Of a stretch of 64,000 nucleotides of DNA, positions 1 to 9,694 are shown one piece after another. Below the pieces are notes generated by a model. That model made no database searches. It saw only the letters and a list, made by a program, of their open reading frames with translations, and was not told the DNA's origin. This DNA is from an uncultured Gammaproteobacteria bacterium (GTDB taxonomy: Bacteria > Pseudomonadota > Gammaproteobacteria > DRLM01). Each line of letters begins with the position of its first letter. Within the stretch, counting starts at the first letter, position 1. Both the position numbers and the translations under genes were made by a program. The stretch is from the NCBI GenBank assembly GCA_963729605.1, contig CAVSNY010000007.1, positions 608,001 through 672,000 of the forward strand. The letters are read 5' to 3'.

Positions 1-1872
1 ACCCAGATCCGCTTCAGCAGCAAGGCCGAGGCCCAGGCCGAAAACTTCCGCAAGATGATGCTGGCCATGGTGCGCGACATCCGGGTGATCCTGGTCAAGC
101 TCGCCGACCGGGTTCACAACATGCGCACCGTGTCGGCCCTGCCGCCGGCCAAGCGCCGCCGCATCGCCCGCGAGACCCTGGAAATCTACGCGCCCATCGC
201 CAACCGGCTGGGTATGAACGCCATCCGTTTGGAATTGGAAGACCTCGGCTTCGCCGGGCTTTATCCCCATCGCCACCGTGTGCTGGCCGAGGCGGTAAAG
301 AAGGCGCGCGGCAACCGCAAGGAAATCGTCGACCAAGATTCAAGGCATGATGGAGCAGCGCCTCAGCGAAGAGGGGCCGCCGGCTCGGGTGGTAGGGCCG
401 CGAGAAACACATCTACAGCATCTATCGCAAAATGCGGCAAAAGGCCTTGCCTTTCTCCGAGGTGTTCGACGTCTACGCCTTCCGCATCGTCGTCGATAAA
501 GTCGATACCTGTTACCGGGTGTTGGGCGCGGTGCACAATCTCTACAAACCGGTGCCCGGTAAGTTCAAGGACTACATCGCCATCCCCAAGGCCAACGGTT
601 ACCAATCCCTGCACACCGTGTTGTTCGGGCCTCATGGCGTGCCCATCGAGGTCCAGATCCGCACCGAGGAAATGGACACGGTGGCCGAGGCCGGTATCGC
701 CGCCCACTGGCTGTATAAAACCGGCGACAGCAGTGGCGCCAGCGCGCAGGTGCGGGCGCGGGAATGGTTGCGCGGTCTGCTCGAGATGCAGAAAAAGCGC
801 CGGCAACTCCCTGGAGTTTTTGGAAAACGTCAAGATCGACCTCTTCCCCGACGAGGTCTACGTGTTCACCCCCAAGGGCGAGATCATGAAGCTGCCGCGC
901 GGCGCCACCGCGGTGGATTTCGCCTACAACGTCCACACCGACGTGGGCAACACCTGCGTCGCCGCGAAGATCGACCGCCGCCTGGCGCCGCTGCGCAGCC
1001 AGTTGGGCAACGGCCAGACCGTGGAGATCATCACCGCGCCCGGCGCGCGTCCCAATCCGGCCTGGCTCAACTTCGTGGTCAGCGGCAAGGCGCGGGCGAA
1101 TATCCGCCACTATTTGAAGAACCTCAAACGGGAAGAGGCCATCCAATTGGGCCGCCGCCTGCTCGATCGCTCCCTGGCCGCCAATGCGCTCAGCTTCGAA
1201 CAATTGCCGCCGGAACGTTTGGCCGCCACGATCAAGGAGCTCAAGTTCGCCAGCGCCGACGACCTGTTGGAAAGCATCGGTCTCGGCAACCGGGTCGCCA
1301 CCCTGGTGGCGCGTCACTTGATAGCCGACCTGGAGACGCCGCCTCCCGACTCTAAATCCGGCGTTTTCAAGAAGGCCATCACCCGCTACGTGCCGGCCTG
1401 GCTGCGCGGCGGCGAGCGCGACGCGCCGCGGCCGCTGGCCATCAAGGGCACCGAGGGCATGGTGGTGGCCTACGCCAAGTGTTGCCGGCCCATCCCCGGC
1501 GATCCCATCGTCGGTTTCGTCACCGCCGGCCGCGGCATCGTCATCCACACCGCCCATTGCAAGAACCTCGCGGAATTCCGCAACCGGCCCGAGAAGTGGA
1601 TCGACGTGGCCTGGGAGTCGGAAGTGCAGGGCGATTTCCCGGTGGAAATCCGTCTCGAAGTGGCCAATCAGCGCGGCGCGCTGGCCACGGTGGCGGCCGG
1701 CATTGCCGAGATGGATGCGAACATCGACAATGTCAGCATGGAAGAACGCGACGGCCGCTACAGCGCCTTGACCCTGTTGATCGAAGTGCACGATCGCGGC
1801 CACCTGGCGCGGGTGATTCGCCGGGTCCGTTCCATCGACATCGTGGCGCGCATCACTAGAACCAAAGGATAG
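1..1872 (+). CDS. spoT: Bifunctional (p)ppGpp synthetase/hydrolase, RelA/SpoT family (5'-truncated by the window; three apparent +1 indels)
   Basis: [25 protein letters not shown] and [10 protein letters not shown] are in frame 1. The synthetase motifs FDVYAFR and [17 protein letters not shown] are in the 432-795 frame. TGS (VYVFTPKG) and ACT domains are back in frame 1. Lies in spoT-ridA-recG synteny. Confidence 0.93.
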   Translation, partial: TQIRFSSKAEAQAENFRKMMLAMVRDIRVILVKLADRVHNMRTVSALPPAKRRRIARETLEIYAPIANRLGMNAIRLELEDLGFAGLYPHRHRVLAEAVKKARGNRKEIVDQDSRHDGAAPQRRGAAGSGGRAARNTSTASIAKCGKRPCLSPRCSTSTPSASSSIKSIPVTGCWARCTISTNRCPVSSRTTSPSPRPTVTNPCTPCCSGLMACPSRSRSAPRKWTRWPRPVSPPTGCIKPATAVAPARRCGRGNGCAVCSRCRKSAGNSLEFLENVKIDLFPDEVYVFTPKGEIMKLPRGATAVDFAYNVHTDVGNTCVAAKIDRRLAPLRSQLGNGQTVEIITAPGARPNPAWLNFVVSGKARANIRHYLKNLKREEAIQLGRRLLDRSLAANALSFEQLPPERLAATIKELKFASADDLLESIGLGNRVATLVARHLIADLETPPPDSKSGVFKKAITRYVPAWLRGGERDAPRPLAIKGTEGMVVAYAKCCRPIPGDPIVGFVTAGRGIVIHTAHCKNLAEFRNRPEKWIDVAWESEVQGDFPVEIRLEVANQRGALATVAAGIAEMDANIDNVSMEERDGRYSALTLLIEVHDRGHLARVIRRVRSIDIVARITRTKG

Positions 1873-1877
1873 GGAGC

Positions 1878-2264
1878 ATGACTCGCGACATCATCAATAC
1901 CAATCGGGCGCCGGCGGCGATCGGCACCTATTCCCAGGCGGTGCGGGTCGGCGGCACCGTCTACCTCTCGGGCCAGATTCCGCTGGTGCCGGCCACCATG
2001 CAACTCCGCGACGGCGACATGCGCGCGCAGATCACGCAAGTCTTCGACAACCTCAAGGCGGTGGCCGAGGCGGCGGGCGGTAGCCTGGCCGACGTGGTCA
2101 AGCTCAATATCTTTCTCACCGACCTCGCCCACTTTCCGCTGGTCAACGAAGTGATGGCCGGCTATTTCCGCGAGCCGTATCCGGCCCGCGCCGCGATCGG
2201 GGTGGCGGCCCTGCCCAAGGGCGCGGCGGTGGAGGCGGACGGGATCATGGTCTTGAGCGACTGA
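1878..2264 (+). CDS. ridA: RidA/YjgF family enamine/imine deaminase
   Basis: [41 protein letters not shown]. Confidence 0.9.
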   Translation: MTRDIINTNRAPAAIGTYSQAVRVGGTVYLSGQIPLVPATMQLRDGDMRAQITQVFDNLKAVAEAAGGSLADVVKLNIFLTDLAHFPLVNEVMAGYFREPYPARAAIGVAALPKGAAVEADGIMVLSD

Positions 2265-2308
2265 GGCGGGCAAAGCCAGCGATCCGGCCGCCACCCCATC
2301 TCCTCGCC

Positions 2309-4432
2309 ATGGCGATCCTCACCCCCCCTGCGCGGCGCGGCGCGCCCATGGACCGGACGGCGGGCTTGGCCGGACCGGTCACCGGACTCAAGGGCGTGGG
2401 GCCGCGCATGGCGGCGCGTCTGGAGCGGCTGGGTATCCGCCTCGCGCAAGACGTCTTGTTCCATTTGCCGGCCCGTTATCAGGACCGCACCCGTGTCGTC
2501 CCCATCGGCGCCTTGCGGGTGGGCGACGAGGCGGTGATCGAAGGTGAAGTGCAGCTCACCGAATTGCGTTACGGCAAACGCCCCACCTTGTTGTCCCGCA
2601 TCAGCGACGGCACCGGCAGTCTCACCCTGCGTTTTTTCCATTTCAACGCCAAGCAGCGCGACGCCTTGCAGCGCGGCGTGCGGCTGCGTTGTTACGGCGA
2701 AGTGCGCACCGGCCCCGCCACGCTGGAGATGGTCCATCCCGAATACGGGCCGCTGACCCCCGATGCCGCCGAACCGGAAGAAACGCTGACCCCGATTTAT
2801 CCCACCACCGAAGGGCTGCATCAGCTCAGTCTGCGCAATCTCACCGAGCAGGCGCTGGCGCGGTTGGCGGCGGATGACGGCGTCGAGGAATGGCTGCCCG
2901 CCGAGTTATTGGCCGCGCTGCGCCTGCCCGGTTTGGCGGCGGCGCTGCGTTATGTGCACCGGCCGCCGGTGGGCGCGCCGGTGGATATCTTGCTGGCCGG
3001 ACGCCATCCCGCGCAGCAGCGGCTCGCGTTCGAAGAATTGCTCGCCCATCATTTGAGCCTGCGTCAATTGCGGGCGCGGGTGCAGCGGCGCCGCGCGCCG
3101 GTGTTGCGCACCTCCGGCGCCTTGTTCCGCGCCTTGCGGGAATCCTTGCCTTTTCAACTCACCGCCGCGCAACAGCGGGTGATCGCCGAGATTCGCGCGG
3201 ATTTGCAGCGCGCCCATCCCATGCAGCGGCTGGTGCAGGGCGACGTGGGTTCGGGCAAGACCCTGGTGGCCGCGGCGGCGGTGCTCGCCGCGGTGGAGGC
3301 GGGACAGCAGGCGGCGGTGATGGCGCCGACCGAGTTGCTCGCCGAACAGCATCGGCGCAACTTCGGCGCCTGGCTCGACCCGCTCAACGTGCGCATCGAC
3401 TGGCTCGCGGGCAAGCTCAAGACCAAGGAACGTACGGCGGCGCTGCAACGCCTGGCCAGCGGCGCGACGCAGGTGGCGGTGGGGACTCACGCCTTGTTTC
3501 AAGATCAGGTCGCGTTCGAAAAACTCGGGTTGGTGGTGATCGACGAGCAGCACCGCTTCGGCGTGCATCAGCGTTTGGCGCTGTGGGAGAAGGGCGATCA
3601 CGGCGGCCAGTATCCCCATCAACTGATCATGACCGCCACTCCGATCCCGCGCACCCTGGCCATGACGGCCTACGCCGACCTCGATGTGTCGGTGATCGAC
3701 GAACTGCCGCCCGGCCGCCAGCCGGTGGAGACGGTGGTGATCCCCGGCAGCCGCCGCGACGAGGTGGTGTTGCGGGTGCGGCTCGCCTGCCGCGAGGGGC
3801 GCCAGGCCTATTGGGTGTGCACGCTCATCGAAGAATCGGAAGTGCTGCAATGCCAGGCCGCCGAGGAGACCGCGCGAGTCTTGGCCGAGGTCTTGCCCGA
3901 TCTGCGGGTGGGTTTGTTGCACGGCCGCATGAAGGGCGCCGAGAAAGAGGCGGTGATGACGGCCTTCAAGGCCGGCGAACTCGATCTGCTGGTGGCGACC
4001 ACCGTGATCGAAGTCGGCGTGGACGTGCCCAACGCCAGTCTGATGGTGATCGAAAACGCCGAGCGTTTAGGTCTCGCGCAATTGCATCAATTGCGCGGCC
4101 GCGTCGGGCGCGGCAATCAGAAGAGCGCATGCGTACTGATGTATCAGCCGCCGCTGTCGCGGCAAGGCCGCGCGCGGCTCGCGACCTTGCGCGAGACCAG
4201 CGACGGCTTCGAAATCGCGCGCCGCGATTTGGAAATCCGCGGCCCCGGCGAGGTGCTGGGCACGCGGCAGAGCGGCTTGCTGCAACTCAAGATCGCCGAT
4301 GTGCTGCGCGACCAGGGTTTGATCCCGCAGGTGGACGCGGCCGCGCAGCGCCTGCTGCGCGACTACCCGAGCCACGTGACGCCGCTGATCCGCCGCTGGC
4401 TGGGCGAGGCGGGGCGGTTTGGCGACGTGTGA
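2309..4432 (+). CDS. recG: ATP-dependent DNA helicase RecG
   Basis: RLVQGDVGSGKT, DEQHRFGV, MTATPIPRTL, QLHQLRGRVGRG; N-terminal wedge domain. Confidence 0.97.
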   Translation: MAILTPPARRGAPMDRTAGLAGPVTGLKGVGPRMAARLERLGIRLAQDVLFHLPARYQDRTRVVPIGALRVGDEAVIEGEVQLTELRYGKRPTLLSRISDGTGSLTLRFFHFNAKQRDALQRGVRLRCYGEVRTGPATLEMVHPEYGPLTPDAAEPEETLTPIYPTTEGLHQLSLRNLTEQALARLAADDGVEEWLPAELLAALRLPGLAAALRYVHRPPVGAPVDILLAGRHPAQQRLAFEELLAHHLSLRQLRARVQRRRAPVLRTSGALFRALRESLPFQLTAAQQRVIAEIRADLQRAHPMQRLVQGDVGSGKTLVAAAAVLAAVEAGQQAAVMAPTELLAEQHRRNFGAWLDPLNVRIDWLAGKLKTKERTAALQRLASGATQVAVGTHALFQDQVAFEKLGLVVIDEQHRFGVHQRLALWEKGDHGGQYPHQLIMTATPIPRTLAMTAYADLDVSVIDELPPGRQPVETVVIPGSRRDEVVLRVRLACREGRQAYWVCTLIEESEVLQCQAAEETARVLAEVLPDLRVGLLHGRMKGAEKEAVMTAFKAGELDLLVATTVIEVGVDVPNASLMVIENAERLGLAQLHQLRGRVGRGNQKSACVLMYQPPLSRQGRARLATLRETSDGFEIARRDLEIRGPGEVLGTRQSGLLQLKIADVLRDQGLIPQVDAAAQRLLRDYPSHVTPLIRRWLGEAGRFGDV

Positions 4433-4496
4433 AGGATGAGTGATGATCATCATCAAAGCGGCAAAGAAGATTGATTGCTGAAACGCATTCTTATAA

Positions 4497-6362
4497 GTCT
4501 TAATCCCTTCTTCATCAGGTCATGCATTCAAACCGCCGTGACGGTGACGGCCGAGCTGTTGATCTGTCTTAATCCCTTCTTCATCAGGTCATGCATTCAA
4601 ACATGTGGGAAGGATGTTATGCCTGCATCCATCCAGGTCTTAATCCCTTCTTCATCAGGTCATGCATTCAAACACTTATATCGAAACCACCGTGACCGGC
4701 GCCGTGGGTCTTAATCCCTTCTTCATCAGGTCATGCATTCAAACCCTTCGCGTCCACCCTTCACACCCTTTGCGTCCGTCTTAATCCCTTCTTCATCAGG
4801 TCATGCATTCAAACGGCCGAGTGACTACGGATCATATTCCGAGCTTCTGTCTTAATCCCTTCTTCATCAGGTCATGCATTCAAACGGCGTAACCGTGGAC
4901 ACGTCCGGGTTCCTGGCGTCTTAATCCCTTCTTCATCAGGTCATGCATTCAAACCCAGCCTTGAGATTTGACATGGGGATGGGGAGGGGGTCTTAATCCC
5001 TTCTTCATCAGGTCATGCATTCAAACCCCATAGGCGCGTCGGGCATGTCCCGCTGGTGTCTTAATCCCTTCTTCATCAGGTCATGCATTCAAACAAGCGA
5101 TCGGGCCAATTCACATTGACACGCTGGGTCTTAATCCCTTCTTCATCAGGTCATGCATTCAAACCTCGGCGAAGAAGGTCATCGAGGCCGTGTCCCATGT
5201 CTTAATCCCTTCTTCATCAGGTCATGCATTCAAACCGCCATCAATGACAACATCTTTGCCCAGATCAAAGTCTTAATCCCTTCTTCATCAGGTCATGCAT
5301 TCAAACATTAGGATGTTGTCGGCCACAGCGCCACGCGTGAGTCTTAATCCCTTCTTCATCAGGTCATGCATTCAAACACCTCGGCGGAGTAGATGCCAGC
5401 GACAATTACACGTCTTAATCCCTTCTTCATCAGGTCATGCATTCAAACTTATCCATCGTGCGGGCGGCCCGCGTGTCTTATAGTCTTAATCCCTTCTTCA
5501 TCAGGTCATGCATTCAAACGAGCCGCTCGCCATCTTCTACCAGGAGTCGGTGTCTTAATCCCTTCTTCATCAGGTCATGCATTCAAACCGTTCAGTAATT
5601 TTTCAGGATCGACCGGCCGCTGGTCTTAATCCCTTCTTCATCAGGTCATGCATTCAAACCGCTACGCCATCTTGAATGCCGCGGCCGTGGTCCGTCTTAA
5701 TCCCTTCTTCATCAGGTCATGCATTCAAACCTCGCCACCGCGCTGGATAACACCTCGGTGTATGAGTGTCTTAATCCCTTCTTCATCAGGTCATGCATTC
5801 AAACGGCGCTGGTATGTATGCGCCCGCCGACTCAGACGTCTTAATCCCTTCTTCATCAGGTCATGCATTCAAACCGAAAAGGGCGGACCACTAGACCCAG
5901 CAGACGTCTTAATCCCTTCTTCATCAGGTCATGCATTCAAACATACCTGAAGAACTGGTTGGCGAGTTTATGATTGTCTTAATCCCTTCTTCATCAGGTC
6001 ATGCATTCAAACCGAGGCATCGTCGTTAATGATGTGCGGCGCATGGTCTTAATCCCTTCTTCATCAGGTCATGCATTCAAACGCCCCGGCCATGAGGCAT
6101 CGTGAGGCGTAGGGTCTTAATCCCTTCTTCATCAGGTCATGCATTCAAACGGCCTGCGCAGAGTCTATGCAAACCGCGACGGACGTCTTAATCCCTTCTT
6201 CATCAGGTCATGCATTCAAACCTATGGCATGAATTCTCGCACGCACTCCGACGCGTCTTAATCCCTTCTTCATCAGGTCATGCATTCAAACCGAGGAACA
6301 TCACGAAGCTTGCGGCGCAGGTTACGTCTTAATCCCTTCTTCATCAGGTCATGCATTCAAAC
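4497..6362 (-). CRISPR. CRISPR array: 27 identical 37-bp repeats, 26 spacers of 31-37 bp
   Basis: The + strand repeat GTCTTAATCCCTTCTTCATCAGGTCATGCATTCAAAC was counted from 4497-4533 to 6326-6362. The transcribed form is GTTTGAATGCATGACCTGATGAAGAAGGGATTAAGAC. Orientation is inferred from the AT-rich leader next to cas2 and the ATTAAGAC 3' end. Confidence 0.99.
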
Positions 6363-6484
6363 CGCTCGTACTTTAAAAAATATCATAAACATTGAGTTGG
6401 AAAATGCGTTGCCAATTTTTTCGCCACTCTGGAAATCGCCTCACGGAGCAATCCCTCCTAGAGATTAGACTCCAGAAATGGAAT
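6363..6484 (-). promoter_or_regulatory. CRISPR leader
   Basis: AT-rich non-coding stretch between the cas2 stop and the first repeat. Confidence 0.75.
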
Positions 6485-6817
6485 CTACTCCTTCTTAGGT
6501 GTCGCTGAAAAGAGTCCCGTCTCTATTTCATCACCAAAAAACAGTGACGCCTCTTCGGGAAGGACGCGTTTGCCGATCATCGTTATATGTGCCGGCTGGG
6601 GCACGGCGTAGATGCGTACGTCGTCGCAAGCGGGTTCGATGAATTGTTCAAGTTCTTGGGCTAATTTTCCGATTCGCGCGGGACTCGCCTGTGTGCCAAA
6701 AACTGAATACTGTAGAGGCACTGCGCATCCTTTGAGAAAACGGTGTACCCGCGCTAAACGGCGGTGATCGCGGATGTCATAGGCAATCAACCAAGCGCGC
6801 TTCTGATTTAGCGCCAT
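6485..6817 (-). CDS. cas2: CRISPR-associated Cas2 (copy b)
   Basis: WLIAYDIRDHRRLARV...LQYSVF...DDVRIY. Confidence 0.92.
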   Translation of the reverse strand: MALNQKRAWLIAYDIRDHRRLARVHRFLKGCAVPLQYSVFGTQASPARIGKLAQELEQFIEPACDDVRIYAVPQPAHITMIGKRVLPEEASLFFGDEIETGLFSATPKKE

Positions 6818-7623
6818 TCGTGCAATCTCCTGGCGAGCAATTGCGCCAGTCTGCCTAGCGCGCTGGCGATAAGCGCATCCAGTTTGGCATCATAGATATG
6901 CAGCAAGTGCAGCGCGGTATGCTCGTCCAGGTGGGCTCGCTCGTGCATTTCGCCCGAATCGAGATGCAAGGCGAGCCGTAGTACTGCGGCCATATCCTCC
7001 GCCAGCTTTAATGGAACGCCGTCGAAACCCCAATGGACGGCTTGGAGTCCGCGTTGATCCAGATGTTCGATAGCCAGTGCAAGCAGCCAGCCGTTGGAAA
7101 TGGTCTCCGTTTCCATTTTTTCCTGGCAATAGACGTGCCGGCGAACCAATTCGCGCCATGAGTGGGATTCCACAACACCGCGCTCCGCACTTTGCCGCCA
7201 TTTCACCAAATGGCGCATGCGCTCGGCGCGTAGGAAGGTTGCCCACTGCTCTTGCCAGTCGGGCCGATCAAGGAACTCATCCAGCAGCCGGGCCAGGTCA
7301 GTCTGTGTTTGTCCGGTCGGTTGAAGGTAGCCATACGGCGTTCCCTCTCGATCAATAAACACGATGGAGACACGCTGTTTCAGGCACAACTGCAAGGCGG
7401 ACGCGGTCCAGGTACAGCGGCCGCTGACAATCACGCGTGAGACACGGGCAATCGGGTAAGCGCCGCTGGCGCGACCGGCCATGGTAATCATGAGGGCGGC
7501 TCCTTTGGTGTCAGCGATCATGTCTGTCCCGCTGAGATAGAGTGGGCGCGCACCCGGCATGCCGGGACGATTGGCAATATATTTAGGCGAATGCGAAATG
7601 GCCGGTCCGCTCATGCCATTCAT
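6808..7623 (-). CDS. Degenerate Cas1 paralog, probably catalytically inactive
   Basis: Cas1-like N-terminal beta domain (PLYLSG...YPIARVSRVIVSG...SALQLCLKQRVSIVFIDREG). The C-terminal RGLQAVHWG...LAEDM echoes Cas1 AGLDPLVGFYH...LACDL, but there is no GxEG motif and no in-register His. Its start overlaps the cas1 stop (TAATG). Confidence 0.7.
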   Translation of the reverse strand: MNGMSGPAISHSPKYIANRPGMPGARPLYLSGTDMIADTKGAALMITMAGRASGAYPIARVSRVIVSGRCTWTASALQLCLKQRVSIVFIDREGTPYGYLQPTGQTQTDLARLLDEFLDRPDWQEQWATFLRAERMRHLVKWRQSAERGVVESHSWRELVRRHVYCQEKMETETISNGWLLALAIEHLDQRGLQAVHWGFDGVPLKLAEDMAAVLRLALHLDSGEMHERAHLDEHTALHLLHIYDAKLDALIASALGRLAQLLARRLHEWR

Positions 7624-8609
7624 TAAAACATTTCCTCATCCCCGGGCGAGTCCAGCCATGATGCACCTCGCCCGCGCAGGCGGCGTGCCAATGCCGCGCA
7701 TTGTTGCCGCAACCAGCGGCGAATAGGTACGGCGAATTCATCATAGGCTTGATAGAAGTGCGTCCGCCCCGCCTTCTGCAGCAGGCAAGCCGCGCGATCA
7801 TGGGCAAAGTGCTCCGTGCGCAGAACGCGTCCGCGGAACAAATTCCACACCCAGGCATCCAGCTTCGGGCGCAGAGGTTCGATCAAATCGCAGGCAAGTG
7901 ATTCCCGACCGTGAGCGGGTCGATGATAGAACCCCACCAGGGGATCCAGCCCGGCGATATGGCTCGCGTGTACCGCATCGAAGTGCAACAGGGTATATCC
8001 GAGAGAAAGCACCGCGTTGACGGGATCGCGTGGCGGGCGGCGGTTGCGGCCCGTGAAGCCGAGTCCTTCTGGAAACAAGGCGCATAGGGCGCGAAAATAG
8101 GCCGCCGCCGCGCTTCCTTCGAGACCGCGTGTGCGGGCGGTTACCCCATCCTCCGATTCGGTGAGCGTGCGGATGATGGGATCGATGGTGCCTAGGGCAT
8201 CGGTGAGCGGCTTGCGGCAATCGGGACGTTGAAGCATGGCTTGCCGGAGCAGCTTTGCCTGGGCCCGGGTCTTGGCCAAGACGAGACGCTGCGACCAGTC
8301 ATTACAAAAATCCTCATCCAGCGCCATCTGGCATTGCGCAAGACGCACCGCCGCTTCGTTGTGGGCGGGGCCCAACACCAGGGCGAGGCGCCGGCTGTGA
8401 CGAGCGCTCAGCAGCAGGGTCGTTACTCCCGCTTCGCCAAGGCGGGTGAGCACGCCGGTTTCGATACGGATGGCCGCGCCCTGCAACACTACCCGGTCGA
8501 GCAAGGCGATGGGAATCGTGCCGCTGCGCGCGCCTGATTGGTACAGGGCCAGCGCCGAGCCATCGGCCCTTAACTCCAAATCCGAACGGTCAAGTACCAA
8601 CGTCGCCAT
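7623..8609 (-). CDS. cas1: CRISPR-associated integrase Cas1
   Basis: RGLEGSAAAAYF, RNRRPPRDPVNAVLSLGY, GLDPLVGFYH, SLACDLIEP (catalytic E/H/D present); ATG at 8609 after GAGG. Confidence 0.96.
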   Translation of the reverse strand: MATLVLDRSDLELRADGSALALYQSGARSGTIPIALLDRVVLQGAAIRIETGVLTRLGEAGVTTLLLSARHSRRLALVLGPAHNEAAVRLAQCQMALDEDFCNDWSQRLVLAKTRAQAKLLRQAMLQRPDCRKPLTDALGTIDPIIRTLTESEDGVTARTRGLEGSAAAAYFRALCALFPEGLGFTGRNRRPPRDPVNAVLSLGYTLLHFDAVHASHIAGLDPLVGFYHRPAHGRESLACDLIEPLRPKLDAWVWNLFRGRVLRTEHFAHDRAACLLQKAGRTHFYQAYDEFAVPIRRWLRQQCAALARRLRGRGASWLDSPGDEEMF

Positions 8610-8616
8610 GATGACC

Positions 8617-8901
8617 TCACCCAAAGTAAAAATACGGGGGATCGACCGGCGGTACCGCGCACCCCAGGGCATAGGTACGGGCACTCGGGTCGAGTCGCAG
8701 CAACATGAATCGGTCTTCTTGCTCGTCGAGGATCAGCGCCATGTTGTGCAGTAATTCATTTCGTTCCGCCGGCGAGAGAAAACATTCATGCACCGACTTT
8801 TGCCCGCCGGTAGCATAACCGCGCACGAGGGCGAGCGCCGCGGCCAAACGCCTGGGAGCGGCTACATCGTAGGCCGCGAGATAGAAGTCACGTTCGCTCA
8901 T
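8617..8901 (-). CDS. cas2: CRISPR-associated Cas2 (copy a)
   Basis: YLAAYDVAAPRRL...GGQKSVHECFL. Confidence 0.9.
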   Translation of the reverse strand: MSERDFYLAAYDVAAPRRLAAALALVRGYATGGQKSVHECFLSPAERNELLHNMALILDEQEDRFMLLRLDPSARTYALGCAVPPVDPPYFYFG

Positions 8902-8982
8902 GGGGGTCAGGGGCTTCCTGTGTTTGTCCTAGCTCAATCGGTGAACGCGATCATGCGCTAATCCACTCGTGCTGTAAGAAGT

Positions 8983-8993
8983 GGCAAGCTTGC
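8983..8993. promoter_or_regulatory. GGCAAGCTTGC box 1, upstream of the cas2-cas1 module
   Basis: Exact 11-mer with palindromic core GCAAGCTTGC; one of four copies, each upstream of a cas gene. Confidence 0.6.
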
Positions 8994-9060
8994 GATAGGA
9001 AGAAGAATGGCGATGAAAAATTGGAATGCGGTGCCCGGCGCGTCGGAGGGACGGTATACC

Positions 9061-9675
9061 CTATACGCCGGGCGGTATCGATACCGGCACGATCCGCGCC
9101 GTGCGCATGTCGAGTTGCTTGAGCGTGGTGTCGAAATGGGTTGCCACATAAAGCGTGGTGGCCCCCGCCTCTTCGGCGGCCATGAATGCGCCGAGACTCA
9201 TAGGGGTTTTGCCGCCGGTCACATCCACGGCCAGCGTCCCGCAACCGCCGTGCCTCATGCCATCCAGCAAATAGCGGGCGGCACGGCGGCTTTCTTGTGG
9301 GTCATCGGGATTGCCGATTTGTATCACTTCATGGACGCTGCCACCCTCAGCCTGCATGTGCGCCTTGATCTGGTCGGCATACCCCTGGGACTCGGCCGTG
9401 CAGACGAGACCGACGCGTTTGGGTTTGAGGTATTCGATGACGTAGCGTGGCACATCGGCATTGCTCACGGTGAAGACAATACCGTCGAAACGCAATGTCT
9501 CCCGTAGTCCACCCATCACGGAAGGAAAGCGGTTGCGCGTCAGCCAGCGGCGCAGGGCATCGCGCTTGAATAGCGCCACAATGAGCAACACCACCGGCAG
9601 ATAGCTCAGCAGGATGCCGGTCTGATCGATGTAGTGCCAGACTGTACTGGAGAGGCCGAAGAGGTTTCCGTTCAA
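9061..9675 (-). CDS. cam1: Cam1-like effector: N-terminal TM helix plus CARF domain
   Basis: 204 aa; hydrophobic GILLSYLPVVLLIVALF followed by RRWLTRNRFP; CARF motifs GIVFTVS and VDVTGGKTPMS; located in a type III locus. Confidence 0.82.
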   Translation of the reverse strand: MNGNLFGLSSTVWHYIDQTGILLSYLPVVLLIVALFKRDALRRWLTRNRFPSVMGGLRETLRFDGIVFTVSNADVPRYVIEYLKPKRVGLVCTAESQGYADQIKAHMQAEGGSVHEVIQIGNPDDPQESRRAARYLLDGMRHGGCGTLAVDVTGGKTPMSLGAFMAAEEAGATTLYVATHFDTTLKQLDMRTARIVPVSIPPGV

Positions 9676-9694
9676 GGCATGTCCCAGCCCCAGT

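Noticed and set aside
4433-4496. Possible degenerate terminal repeat (GATCATCATCAAAGC) plus a 37-nt last spacer
   Set aside because: It needs gaps to align and matches only the end of the repeat; too weak to call.
6013-6113. Adjacent spacers share GAGGCATCGT, and many spacers begin with C or CG on the + strand
   Set aside because: A 10-nt match and a modest bias in 26 GC-rich spacers could be chance; no PAM inference is possible without protospacers.
4534-6325. Self-targeting spacers
   Set aside because: No match noticed elsewhere in the window by eye; this needs an alignment to exclude properly.
4475-6468. Short + strand ORFs with repeated LNPFFIRSCIQT / VLIPSSSGHAFK peptides
   Set aside because: These are translations of the CRISPR repeats, not genes.
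7623-8609. RT-Cas1 or Cas6-RT-Cas1 fusion
   Set aside because: Cas1 is only about 328 aa and no YADD-type RT motif was seen in the locus.
8983-8993. GGCAAGCTTGC as a sigma-54 promoter (rpoN is nearby)
   Set aside because: The GG-to-GC spacing is 7 nt, not the required 10.
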